Shown: positions 53,101 to 62,183, numbered from the stretch's first letter. The stretch: DNA of 64,000 nucleotides from Candidatus Omnitrophota bacterium (GCA_015233405.1 JADFXT010000007.1:390-64389); one strand, 5' to 3'. Notes: generated by a model not told the origin, from the letters alone. Numbers and translations: made by a program.

Positions 53101-56100
53101 TTCCTTCGACTATTCCTCCTTATGAGAAAGATTATTTAAAGAAGATTCAAGAGCTCCCCTCTGATGCGGCGATGGCGACAGCTCCGACGGCTGTTCAACG
53201 GCCGCTGGTTGATAATCCGATTGATGTTAAAAAAGCTAAGAAATGGGTCAAGGCGCAGGATCCTGATTTACGTGAGCTTGCGCAATTCTTGCTTGACCAT
53301 GTGACCCATATTACGCAGAAAGAATTTGAAGAAGCTCTGCAGGAGGCTGTCGATGATTTTAATGCCAAGATGGGCGACAAACCATATATTTTAGTGCTCT
53401 CGTGGAAAGGAAAAAAACGAAGTGAATGGTGGGCCTATCAGTTGGCCTTGGAGAAAGGATTAAATCCGGCGAAACATATCATCAATTTAGATGAGGTAGG
53501 TGATAACGAAATATCAAAAAGCGATCAGATGCTTTTGAAGGACGCCCCGGATGTTGTTTTCCTAGATGATGCCATGTATTCCGGAACGCAGATGTCGGAA
53601 ACAGTGGAAGCTTTGGTGCAGAAGATGCCCTTTAGGTGGAACCCGGAAAATCTTAATTATCATTTTCTTATACCATTTATGACTTCATTTGGTAAGAAAG
53701 AAATTTCTTCCAAAATTCGACCTAAGTTTTACAAGCACCGTTTGATGCCGACGCTCCAGGAAATTTTTAGTTCTGATGCTGGGCGAAAGAGGGTATTAGA
53801 GTTTGAAGATATTTATCGTGACTCTGTGGAAGGAAAGAAATTTGCTGGAATGACGCTCACATATTTTCAGCATAAGGTTCCCGACCAGGTCTCGATGGTT
53901 TCGTGGATTTCCAATGGAGAAATATTGTCAAGTGATATTGTTAGGCGTGCGAATAAAATGCCATTTATCCCTGAAACAATCCCGCCTTATGACGAGAATT
54001 ATTTAGAGGAAATTAAGGCTGCTTCATCCCGCACGGCAGGCAGCGAATCTGACCATGCTATGGCAACGGCTCCGACGACTACTGTCCAGCGGCCGGTGGT
54101 GGACAATCTAATTGATGTTGAAAAAGCTAAGAAATGGGTCGCAGCGCAAGGAACTCCGGAGATTCGCGAGCTTGCCCAATTCCTACTTGACCATGTGACT
54201 CATGTTAGTCAAAAAGAATTTGAAGCGGCGCTTCAGGAAACCGTCGATGATTTCAATAAGAAGATGGGCGATAAGCCGTATGCTTTTGTTATCTTGAGGC
54301 CGTCGTGGAAAGGGGACCGCAGTGAATTTTGGACCTATCAGTTGGCTTTGGAAAAAGGGTTAAAACCAGCCAAATATATTATTAAGACGGAAGAAGATCT
54401 TTCAATCTTTGTTCAAAGGGATTTGAGGAATGTAAATGATATTGTCTTCATGGATGACGCGGCTTATTCCGGAGGACAAATATTAGCTAAAAGAAACAGA
54501 TTTCTTTTTAACTCAAAGGCTCTGAATTTCAACAATCTTAATATGCATTTTGTTATGCCATTTATGTCGTCTTATGCCAAAAATAAACTCCTTTCTCAGC
54601 CGCATGTCTTTATTTATAAGCATCATTCTATACCGACATTGTCGGAAATTTTTAGCTCTGATGTTGGGAAAAAACAGAAGCGGGTGTTTGATTCTCTGGG
54701 TAAGAGATTTGCAGGTCTCACACTGACTTATTTTCAGCATAAGGTCCCTGATTATTTTTCCGCTTTTCAATGGCTTTTTGAGGGCGTTGTAGTGAAAGAA
54801 AAGTCGAAAGCGCAAATTAAATTTATTCCTGAAACAATTCCGCCATATGAAAAAGATTATTTAAAGAAGATACGGATTTCTTTATTTAAGGGGAAGAAGA
54901 GAAAAGCTGATGCCGCGATGGTGACGCAATCTGCCGTCCAGCGGCCGGTGGTGGACAATCCAATTGATATGGCTAAGGCGAAACAATGGGTCGAGGCGCA
55001 TAAGGACCCTGCTGTCCGCGACCTTGTCGAGTTTTTACTTAACCATGTGACCCATGTTACACAAAAGGAATTTGAAGCGGCGCTTCAGGAAACCGTCAAT
55101 GATTTTAACTCCAAGATGGGCGACAAGCCGTATGTTTTATTACTTCCGGCGTGGAAGAGAGGCCGCAGTGAGCTGTGGACGTATCAATTGGCTTTGGAAA
55201 AGGGATTAAAACCGGCAAAGCAGATCATAGAAGCTGGAGATAATCTGAATCTAGTTCAACAGATTCGCTCGACGGGCATAAAAGATTTAATTCTGATGGA
55301 TGATGCGGTCTATTCGGGAAAGCAGACATTAGATAAAGTTTACGATGTATTTAGGTATGTGCAGAGCAGCGAACTAAACAACCGGGACCTAAATCTGCAT
55401 TTTGTTGCGCCGTTTATGTCTCTCGGGGTAGAGAACAAAATTTCTTCAGGTTTGCAACGATATAAAATAGGGGAAATGTTTGTTTATAAGCATCGTTCTA
55501 TGGAGACGTTGCCGGAGATTCTCCGTCATGAGCCCGAGCGTAAGGAAGTCTTCGAACAGTTTTATCCCTCTTTTGAGGATTATTATCAATATATTACGTT
55601 GACTTATTTTCAACATAAAGTTGCTGATAGCGTTTCAATGCTTCCGTGGCTTTCCGGAGGGAATGTATTGGAAATGGTAGGAGGCGGAAGAGAAGTCTCC
55701 TCTGTCAGAGTTAACTTTATCCCTGAGACAATCCCGCCTTATGACGAGAATTATTTAGAGGAAATTAAGGCTGCTTCATCCCGCACGGCAGGCAGCGAAT
55801 CTGACCATGCTATGGCGACGGCTCCGACGGTCGTCCAGCGGCCGGTGGTGGATAATCCTATTGATCCGGTGAAAGCTAAACAATGGGTCGAGGCGCATGA
55901 TCCGGAGCTCCGTGACCTTGCTCAGTTTTTGCTGAATCATGTAACTCATGTTAGCCAAGAGGAGTTTGAAGCGGCGCTGCAGGAAACTGTCAATGATTTT
56001 AACGCCAAGATGGGCGACAAATCGTATATTTTAGTGCTCTTGCGGCCAGGACATAGTGAAGAGTGGACGTATCAACTGGCTTTGGAAAAAGGATTAAAGC

Positions 56101-59100
56101 CGGCAAAACATATCATCAATTCAAGTGAAGCGAGTGATATTGCAATTAGAAAAAGAGACCAGAAATTTTTGCAGGAAACGCCTGATGTTGTGTTCATGGA
56201 TGATGTTGTTTACACGGCTGCACAGATGTCGTTAACAATAACACATTTTGTCGATAGCATGCCGTTGGAGCGTGCATCATCTCTTAATTATCATTTTCTA
56301 ATACCATTTATGACTTCTTTTGGTGAACAGAAAATTTCTTCTCGGGAGCTAAATTCCAAGTTTTATAAACACCGTTTGATACCGACGGTATCAAAGATCC
56401 TCCGTCTTGAGCCAAAACTTAAGAATTTGTATAAAAAGATTTATGAGCAAACAGTTTTTGGGAATTTCCCTGGCGTCGCGTTGACATATTTTCAGCATAA
56501 AGTTGCTGATAGGGTTTCAATGTCGGAGTGGATTTCAAAGGGTACGGTATTCAAGAAAAGATCTGGAATTTTCATTAATACCAGTAAGGTTTCGTTTATT
56601 CCAGATACAATTCCGCCGTATGAAGAGAATTATTTAGAGAAAATCAAGGCTTCCTCAGCTGATAGCGCCATGGCGACGGCTCCGACGACCGTCCAGCGGC
56701 CGGTGAAGGACAATCCGATTGATATGGAAAAGGCCAAACAGTGGGTCGAGGCGCAAGGGACACCAGAACTTCGCGACCTGGCACAGTTTCTCTTAAATCA
56801 TGTGACGCATGTCTCGCAAAAGGAATTTGAAGAAGCGCTCCAAGAAACCGTCAATGATTTTAATCGTAAGATGGGTGATAAACCTTATGTTTTATATCTT
56901 CCGCCGCACGGAGGTAACCGAAGCGAATGGTGGACGTATCAGTTGGCTTTGGAAAAAGGATTAAAGCCGCCTCAACGCGTTGTAAGAAGTTTTTCGAAAG
57001 AGGGCACAACATTCTTGGATGAAGCCAAGGACATTGTTCTTATTGACGATGCTATTTATACAGGATCAGAAATATCCGCATACGTTCTGGATGTCTTAAA
57101 CCATATGGGTTCCAAAGACGTTAACATCCATTTCGTCGCACCCTTTATGTCTGCCGGTGCCGAGAAAAGAGTGTTTCTTGAGTTGCTTCCGACGCGTTAT
57201 AGGACAATTCTTAAAAACTTTCTTACAGGATTTTTTAAAGGCGGAAAGATGGTTTTTTATAAACATCGCGCCATGCAAACATTGCCGCAGGTTTTTCGTG
57301 CCGAAAAGAAGCGTAAGGATTTGCTTAAACAGGTTCTCCAGACAAGCTCGTGGTCGTTACAACTTATGACATTGACTTATTTTCAGCATAAAGTTGCTGA
57401 TAGAGTTTCCTTGGTTAGCTGGCTTTCTAAGGGATGGGTTTATGGCAAAAGAGGCGAATTTACCAATGCTAGTATTAGTTTTATTCCTGAAACAATCCCG
57501 CCATACGACGAGGATTATTTAAAGAAAATCCAATCGAAACCTGTCGACGCTGCTATGACAGCCGTTCAGCGGCCAGTGGTCGATAATCCAATTGACCCGG
57601 TGAAAGCCGAACAGTGGGTCGAGGACCAAGAACCAGAGCTTCGTGATACGGCTAGATTTTTGCTTAATCATATGACGCATATCACTCAAAAGGAATTTGA
57701 AGAAGCTCTCCAGGAAACTGTAGATGATTTTAACAGCAAGATGGGTGAAAAACCGTATGTTTTGATCATTCCGACGTGGAATGGGGAACGTAGCGAATTA
57801 TGGACCTATCAGTTGGCTTTGGAAAAGGGATTAAAGCCCGCGAGTCACGTCATTAATTTAGATACAGTTCGGGGTGAAATAAAAAAGGCTGACTGGCCAT
57901 TTTTGCAGGAAACGCCTGATGTCGTTTTCATGGATGATGCTGTTTATTCTGCAGAGCATACCTTGTTAATGTTAGAAAATCTTTCAAAAAGAATTAATTC
58001 GCAAGATTACAAAGGTCTTCAGAGTCATTTTCTCATACCATTTATGACTTCTTTCGGAGAGAAAAGAATTTCTTCTCACGCGCCGAATCCCAGTTTTTAT
58101 AAGCACCGTTTAATGCCGACTTTATTGCAGATGTTGGATTCAGAAGAAGGGAAGAAATGGAGGCCGCAGATTGAAGGTTTTTTCAAGTACGATATGGAGA
58201 TGGAGCGTTTTGCTGGCGTAACGCTTACCTATTTTCAGCATAAAGTCCCCGATGGTCTTTCCGCATTTAAGTGGCCTTTCGAAGGAACTATCTTTAGGAA
58301 AAAGACAGGATGGAATTCGATTATGATGGCAGGTGATGAGCCGTTCATACCTGAAACCATTCCTCCTTATGATAAATATTATTTAAAAAGAATTCAGGCT
58401 TCCCGTCCGGACGCGGCGATGGCGACAGCTCCGACGGTGGCCCAGCGGCCGGTGGTCGATAATCCCATTGATATGGTTAAAGCTCATGAATGGATCCAGG
58501 CGCAGGGTCCGACTTTACGTAGCCTTGCGCAATTCTTGCTTGACCATGTGACCCACATTTCGCAAAAAGAATTTGAAGAAGCTTTGCAGGAAACAGTTGA
58601 TGATTTTAACAAAAAGATAGGCAACAAACCGTATATTTTAGTGCTCTTGCGGCTAGGACGTAGTGAAGAGTGGACATATCAACTGGCGTTGGAAAAAGGA
58701 TTAAAGCCGGCAAAGCATATCATCAATTTAAGGAATGGCCAAATGCCAGAATATGAGCAGACGCTTCTGCAGGAAATGCCGGACGTTGTGTTCATGGATG
58801 ATGCTGTTTACACGGCATCACTGACATCATCAACAGTATCGGGCTTTGAGGAAATGATGCCTTTGGTGAAATCACAAAATCTTAATTACCATTTTCTAAC
58901 GCCATTTATGACTTCTTATGGTGAAAATATCCTTCTTCACAAGGGGTCGAAACCTAACTTTTACAAACACCGTTTGATGCCGACGCTGTTGGAAATCTTA
59001 AATTCTGATATTAGCCAGAAGCGGATATCAGAGTTTGAGAAGATTTTTGGCCCTAAAGATATTCGTGGAATGACGCTCACGTATTTTCAGCATAAAATTC

Positions 59101-62100
59101 CTGATTTTATTTCCGCGTTTCCTTGGCTTTTTAACGGCAATGTGTTAAGGGCAGGGGCAAAGGGATCTATCAGGGCGACGGGTGTGGTCCGGTTTATTCC
59201 TAAAACGATCTCGCCTTATGAGGAAGATTATTTAGAGAAAGTACAGATGTCTTCCATTGACGCGGGGATGACGGTCCAGCGGCCGGTGGTGGATAATCCG
59301 ATTGATATGGTTAAAGCTCATGAATGGGCCCAGGCGCAGGATCCTTCTTTACGCGAGCTTGCCCAATTCCTGCTTGATCATGTGACCCATATTACGCAGA
59401 AAGAATTTGAAGAAGCGCTTCAGGAGACCGTCGATGATTTTAACGCCAAGATGGGCGATAAGCCGTATGTTTTGTTGCTTCCGGCGTGGAAGGGGGATCG
59501 TAGTGAATGGTGGACGTATCAGTTGGCTTTGGAAAAAGGATTAAAACCGGCGAAGCGTATCCTAAAAGTGGGAAATAGTGAATCATCAACACATGGCTGG
59601 AGTTACGAGAAGACAGTTCAGCAAATTCGTGCGACGGGCATTTCCGATGTTGTCCGCATTGATGATGCTTCTTATTCAGGAAAGAATATTTTTGATGATG
59701 TTCAAACTATTCAACGTAAAGAGCACGACACCAGGGACCTTAATTTTCATTTCATTACGCCGTTTATGTCTGGTCATGCTGAGAATAAAATTCTGATGGA
59801 TTCAGAAATCCATGTTTATTTAACCGGGAAGATGGTTATTTATAAACACCGTCCGATGCAAACATTGTCGGACATTTTCCGTCTTAATCCGAAACTTAAG
59901 GATGTATTTGAAAAGTTTTTTAATACCGATATCGAGAGGGAATATGCAGGTGTGACATTGACGTATTTTCAGCATAAAGTTCCGGATCATGTTTCAACGT
60001 TGAGTTGGATTGTCAATGGAAGGGTCTATGAAATTCAAGGAGAACGTAAATTGGTCGGCGATATTAGATTCATTCCCGATACGTTCTCTCCTTATGAAGA
60101 TAATTATTTAAAGATTATGAGCTCTCTCTTTCCTGCGGCTGCAGGGAAAAAGACTGACAACGCGATGGTGACAACCTCGACGGCTGTCCAACGGCCGGTG
60201 GAGGACAATTCGATTGACCCGGTGAAAGCTGAACGGTGGGTTAATGCGCACCAGGACCCTGAAATCCGCGATCTTGCTCAGTTCCTCTTAAATCATGTCA
60301 CGCATGTTACGCAAAAGGAATTTGAGGAGGCGTTGCAGGAAACGGTCAATGACTTTAATAAGAAGATGGGCGACAAACCGTATGTTTTGGTCGTTCCGAT
60401 GATAAAAGGAGAGCGTAGCTCATGGTGGACGTATCAGCTGGCTTTGGAAAAGGGCTTAAAGCCGGCTCAATATATTATTAAGACCATAGGGGGATTGTTT
60501 GCTGCCGATAAAGAGGCTTTGATGGAAATTCATGATGTCGTCTTCACGGACGATGCTTCTTATACCGGAACACAGATATTAAATAATGTCCAAGATTTTC
60601 TTTCTAACGCGGAATTCTTGAACATCAAAAACTTGAATGTCCACTTTGTTGTCCCGTATATGACTTCTTTTGTTGAGAATAAAATCCTCTCCTATCCGGG
60701 CGCTTTTGTTTATCAACATCGTTCTATGCAAACATTGCCAGAAATTTTCCGCTCTGACATGGGACAGAAACAAAAATTGGAATTCGAAAGGTTGTATCAG
60801 TCCTCGGTGGACAATAAATTTGGCGGTGTAACGCTGACGTATTTTCAGCATAAAGTCCCAGATTTCATGTCCGCGCTTGCTTGGCCTATTCAAGGCATAG
60901 TTTACATAAGATCAGAGTCGGTGGGGGGTATTGTGGCAGGTAGGGTTCAATTTATTCCTTCAACGGTCCCGCCGTATGAGAAAGACTATTTAAAGAAAAT
61001 CCAGGAGCCCAAAGTTGACCATGCCATGGTTGTACAGCGGCCGGTGGTGGATAATCCGATTGACCCTGTGAAGGCTGATAAATGGGTCGAAGCGCAAGAA
61101 CCGTCGATTCGCGATTTGGCACGATTTCTTTTAAAACACGCAACACATGTTTCTCAAAAGGAATTTGAAGAGGCGCTTCAGGAAACCGTGAATGATTTTA
61201 ATAAAAAGATGGGTGACAAACCATATGTGGCCGTTATTCCGGAGACAGATGGAGACCGCAGCGAATGGTGGACGTATCAATTGGCTTTGGAGAAAGGTTT
61301 AAAGCCTGCGAAAGATGTCATCAGGTTGAGCTGGGATAAAGTATCTAACATTCAACAAATGGTTTTAGCGGATGTGCGCGAAGTGGTTTTCATAGACGAT
61401 GCTGTTTATTCCGGTTCACAGATGATAGAAACGGTCAGAAGTCTTGTTCCTGCCTTAAATTTGTTGGATGCCCAGGATTTTAATCTTCATTTTATGGCGC
61501 CGTTTATGACTTCTTCTGGCAAAAGCAAAATTCGCTCCTATTTGAATAATTCTGTTTATCTTTTCGGAAAGAGTACATTTTATCAGCATCGTTTGATGCC
61601 GACCTTGTCGGAGATTTTTCTTTTCGATCCGCAACAGAAGGACGTGTTTGAAGAATTCTTTCATGTCAGTGTTGATATGCAATATTTAGGCACGACTTTA
61701 ACGTATTTTCAGCACAAAATTCCTGATGACGTTTCTGCACTTTCGTGGTTTTTCAACGGAGATGTCTTTAGGAAAAGTATCGCAAACTCCCCCGAATGGG
61801 TACGCAGAAACAAGTTTATCCCTGTAACGATTCCTCCATATGAAAAAGATTATTTAGAAAAAATCCAGGCGCTCTCGTCCGACAAGGCGATGGCTACCCA
61901 AGCGCCAGGTGGTATTGATTTGAACCCAACGAAGATGAACCTTCAGGTGAAAGGTAATGGCAACGTCGAGTTTAAGGCATTAAGTCCGGCAGCCTTGGAA
62001 GAATTGAAGAACGCCACCGGATTTACACCGGTCATTATCAATATTAAGCCCGTCGAAAGTTTGCCGGCTTTTTTGGGATTGTCCCAAGCCCAAATGGAAG

Positions 62101-62120
62101 CCGCAACCCCGCAGACATAA
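50196..62120 (+). CDS. Giant bracket-family protein 2 (about 3,974 aa): signal peptide, conserved N-domain, 12 tandem PRTase-like modules, conserved C-terminal GGIDLN domain
   Basis: The start was set at the ATG at 50196 (MFRGQGTIRSN..., colinear with giant 1, behind AAAAGGGGG). The track's 50109 start would translate the REP hairpins. There are 12 units beginning (V/A)QRP(V/L)(V/K/E)DN.ID. The C-terminus is GGIDLNPTKMNLQV...GFTPVIINIKPVESLPAFLGL. Confidence 0.85.
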   Translation: MFRGQGTIRSNILKTISLILLFIFIPQTLFAQVVLSGGVTLPAPGTMVSLSQPFHPAVVKGLKVYPENPLKFDFILDKGDAFSQYDPERPTGAQGLQLKKESEKLIKYFLASLTIPEKDLWVNLSPYEKDRIIPEAFGQTDMGRDLLAQDYILKQITSSLMYPEDKLGKKFWDTIYKKAYELYGRTDIPVDTFNKVWIVPDKAVVYENPAPKVGEATAFVVEAKLKVMLEEDYVAAQQTKDHRLQTIDQPSAEKRSVVSGLGSSVSDLTRSVILPAIEKEVNEGQQFAQLRQVYYSLILATWFKRNLRESIFGKAYVGKNKIAGVDIQDKDEKQKIYNQYLEAFKKGAYNYIKEQYDPSTKTIVPHKYFSGGFGFEGMDSAMTTTTNAADLGPQQGLVVIESNIKKTTKEGSEISGVPEAGAAMATAPSAVQRPVVDNSIDPKKAEQWVEAQEPDYRDLARFLLNHVTHVSQEEFEAALQETVNDFNAKMGDKPYVLVLSRQGRSEEWTYQLALEKGLRPAKHIIKLANGVMPDSARTLLQKISDVVFMDDAVYTASLLTSTVSGFVQSLPWAKVRNLNCHLLIPFMTSFGEQRISSRDLNIKLYKHHLMPTLPEILRSDVGRNWAPEFEKIFHGSVDKTFSGMTLTYFQHKIPDFISALAWLFNGETLKKGLVGPNYSTNWVRFIPETIPPYEKDYLKRIQELPSDAAMATQSAVQRPVVDNPIDMAKAKQWVEAQEPDYRDLAQFLLNHVTHVSQEEFEATLQEAVNDFNAKMGDKPYILVYSWKGKKRSEWWTYQLALEKGLKPAKHIINSGGGLLSTSDQMLLQETPDVLFVDDAVYSGTQMSITVNGFFGDITSLNKAGLRCHFLVPFITSSGQEKISSVALNSKFYKHRLMPMLLEILNSDISQKRISEFEKIFGPKNIHGMTLTYFQHKVPDSVSMLLWISGGNVLTNYNQNAIRTGMIRFIPSTIPPYEKDYLKKIQELPSDAAMATAPTAVQRPLVDNPIDVKKAKKWVKAQDPDLRELAQFLLDHVTHITQKEFEEALQEAVDDFNAKMGDKPYILVLSWKGKKRSEWWAYQLALEKGLNPAKHIINLDEVGDNEISKSDQMLLKDAPDVVFLDDAMYSGTQMSETVEALVQKMPFRWNPENLNYHFLIPFMTSFGKKEISSKIRPKFYKHRLMPTLQEIFSSDAGRKRVLEFEDIYRDSVEGKKFAGMTLTYFQHKVPDQVSMVSWISNGEILSSDIVRRANKMPFIPETIPPYDENYLEEIKAASSRTAGSESDHAMATAPTTTVQRPVVDNLIDVEKAKKWVAAQGTPEIRELAQFLLDHVTHVSQKEFEAALQETVDDFNKKMGDKPYAFVILRPSWKGDRSEFWTYQLALEKGLKPAKYIIKTEEDLSIFVQRDLRNVNDIVFMDDAAYSGGQILAKRNRFLFNSKALNFNNLNMHFVMPFMSSYAKNKLLSQPHVFIYKHHSIPTLSEIFSSDVGKKQKRVFDSLGKRFAGLTLTYFQHKVPDYFSAFQWLFEGVVVKEKSKAQIKFIPETIPPYEKDYLKKIRISLFKGKKRKADAAMVTQSAVQRPVVDNPIDMAKAKQWVEAHKDPAVRDLVEFLLNHVTHVTQKEFEAALQETVNDFNSKMGDKPYVLLLPAWKRGRSELWTYQLALEKGLKPAKQIIEAGDNLNLVQQIRSTGIKDLILMDDAVYSGKQTLDKVYDVFRYVQSSELNNRDLNLHFVAPFMSLGVENKISSGLQRYKIGEMFVYKHRSMETLPEILRHEPERKEVFEQFYPSFEDYYQYITLTYFQHKVADSVSMLPWLSGGNVLEMVGGGREVSSVRVNFIPETIPPYDENYLEEIKAASSRTAGSESDHAMATAPTVVQRPVVDNPIDPVKAKQWVEAHDPELRDLAQFLLNHVTHVSQEEFEAALQETVNDFNAKMGDKSYILVLLRPGHSEEWTYQLALEKGLKPAKHIINSSEASDIAIRKRDQKFLQETPDVVFMDDVVYTAAQMSLTITHFVDSMPLERASSLNYHFLIPFMTSFGEQKISSRELNSKFYKHRLIPTVSKILRLEPKLKNLYKKIYEQTVFGNFPGVALTYFQHKVADRVSMSEWISKGTVFKKRSGIFINTSKVSFIPDTIPPYEENYLEKIKASSADSAMATAPTTVQRPVKDNPIDMEKAKQWVEAQGTPELRDLAQFLLNHVTHVSQKEFEEALQETVNDFNRKMGDKPYVLYLPPHGGNRSEWWTYQLALEKGLKPPQRVVRSFSKEGTTFLDEAKDIVLIDDAIYTGSEISAYVLDVLNHMGSKDVNIHFVAPFMSAGAEKRVFLELLPTRYRTILKNFLTGFFKGGKMVFYKHRAMQTLPQVFRAEKKRKDLLKQVLQTSSWSLQLMTLTYFQHKVADRVSLVSWLSKGWVYGKRGEFTNASISFIPETIPPYDEDYLKKIQSKPVDAAMTAVQRPVVDNPIDPVKAEQWVEDQEPELRDTARFLLNHMTHITQKEFEEALQETVDDFNSKMGEKPYVLIIPTWNGERSELWTYQLALEKGLKPASHVINLDTVRGEIKKADWPFLQETPDVVFMDDAVYSAEHTLLMLENLSKRINSQDYKGLQSHFLIPFMTSFGEKRISSHAPNPSFYKHRLMPTLLQMLDSEEGKKWRPQIEGFFKYDMEMERFAGVTLTYFQHKVPDGLSAFKWPFEGTIFRKKTGWNSIMMAGDEPFIPETIPPYDKYYLKRIQASRPDAAMATAPTVAQRPVVDNPIDMVKAHEWIQAQGPTLRSLAQFLLDHVTHISQKEFEEALQETVDDFNKKIGNKPYILVLLRLGRSEEWTYQLALEKGLKPAKHIINLRNGQMPEYEQTLLQEMPDVVFMDDAVYTASLTSSTVSGFEEMMPLVKSQNLNYHFLTPFMTSYGENILLHKGSKPNFYKHRLMPTLLEILNSDISQKRISEFEKIFGPKDIRGMTLTYFQHKIPDFISAFPWLFNGNVLRAGAKGSIRATGVVRFIPKTISPYEEDYLEKVQMSSIDAGMTVQRPVVDNPIDMVKAHEWAQAQDPSLRELAQFLLDHVTHITQKEFEEALQETVDDFNAKMGDKPYVLLLPAWKGDRSEWWTYQLALEKGLKPAKRILKVGNSESSTHGWSYEKTVQQIRATGISDVVRIDDASYSGKNIFDDVQTIQRKEHDTRDLNFHFITPFMSGHAENKILMDSEIHVYLTGKMVIYKHRPMQTLSDIFRLNPKLKDVFEKFFNTDIEREYAGVTLTYFQHKVPDHVSTLSWIVNGRVYEIQGERKLVGDIRFIPDTFSPYEDNYLKIMSSLFPAAAGKKTDNAMVTTSTAVQRPVEDNSIDPVKAERWVNAHQDPEIRDLAQFLLNHVTHVTQKEFEEALQETVNDFNKKMGDKPYVLVVPMIKGERSSWWTYQLALEKGLKPAQYIIKTIGGLFAADKEALMEIHDVVFTDDASYTGTQILNNVQDFLSNAEFLNIKNLNVHFVVPYMTSFVENKILSYPGAFVYQHRSMQTLPEIFRSDMGQKQKLEFERLYQSSVDNKFGGVTLTYFQHKVPDFMSALAWPIQGIVYIRSESVGGIVAGRVQFIPSTVPPYEKDYLKKIQEPKVDHAMVVQRPVVDNPIDPVKADKWVEAQEPSIRDLARFLLKHATHVSQKEFEEALQETVNDFNKKMGDKPYVAVIPETDGDRSEWWTYQLALEKGLKPAKDVIRLSWDKVSNIQQMVLADVREVVFIDDAVYSGSQMIETVRSLVPALNLLDAQDFNLHFMAPFMTSSGKSKIRSYLNNSVYLFGKSTFYQHRLMPTLSEIFLFDPQQKDVFEEFFHVSVDMQYLGTTLTYFQHKIPDDVSALSWFFNGDVFRKSIANSPEWVRRNKFIPVTIPPYEKDYLEKIQALSSDKAMATQAPGGIDLNPTKMNLQVKGNGNVEFKALSPAALEELKNATGFTPVIINIKPVESLPAFLGLSQAQMEAATPQT
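51485..61895 (+). repeat. Twelve tandem in-frame copies of the ~285-300-aa module in giant gene 2
   Basis: Unit starts (the VQRP codons) are at about 51485, 52341, 53193, 54084, 54936, 55833, 56691, 57564, 58437, 59274, 60185 and 61032, giving a period of 837-911 nt. The consensus matches the giant-1 array. Confidence 0.9.
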
Positions 62121-62183
62121 TAGACAATATCTTTTTAGAGTTATTTGGATTGGTTTGTTATTTCGACCGGTTTTTATTTTTTT

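Noticed and set aside
44064-61895. Whether the regular ~850-900-nt periodicity could be a CRISPR-like or satellite array.
   Set aside because: The units are far too long. They are in-frame within uninterrupted ORFs, conserved at the protein level with synonymous divergence, and have no short direct repeats separated by unique spacers. They are coding tandem domain repeats.
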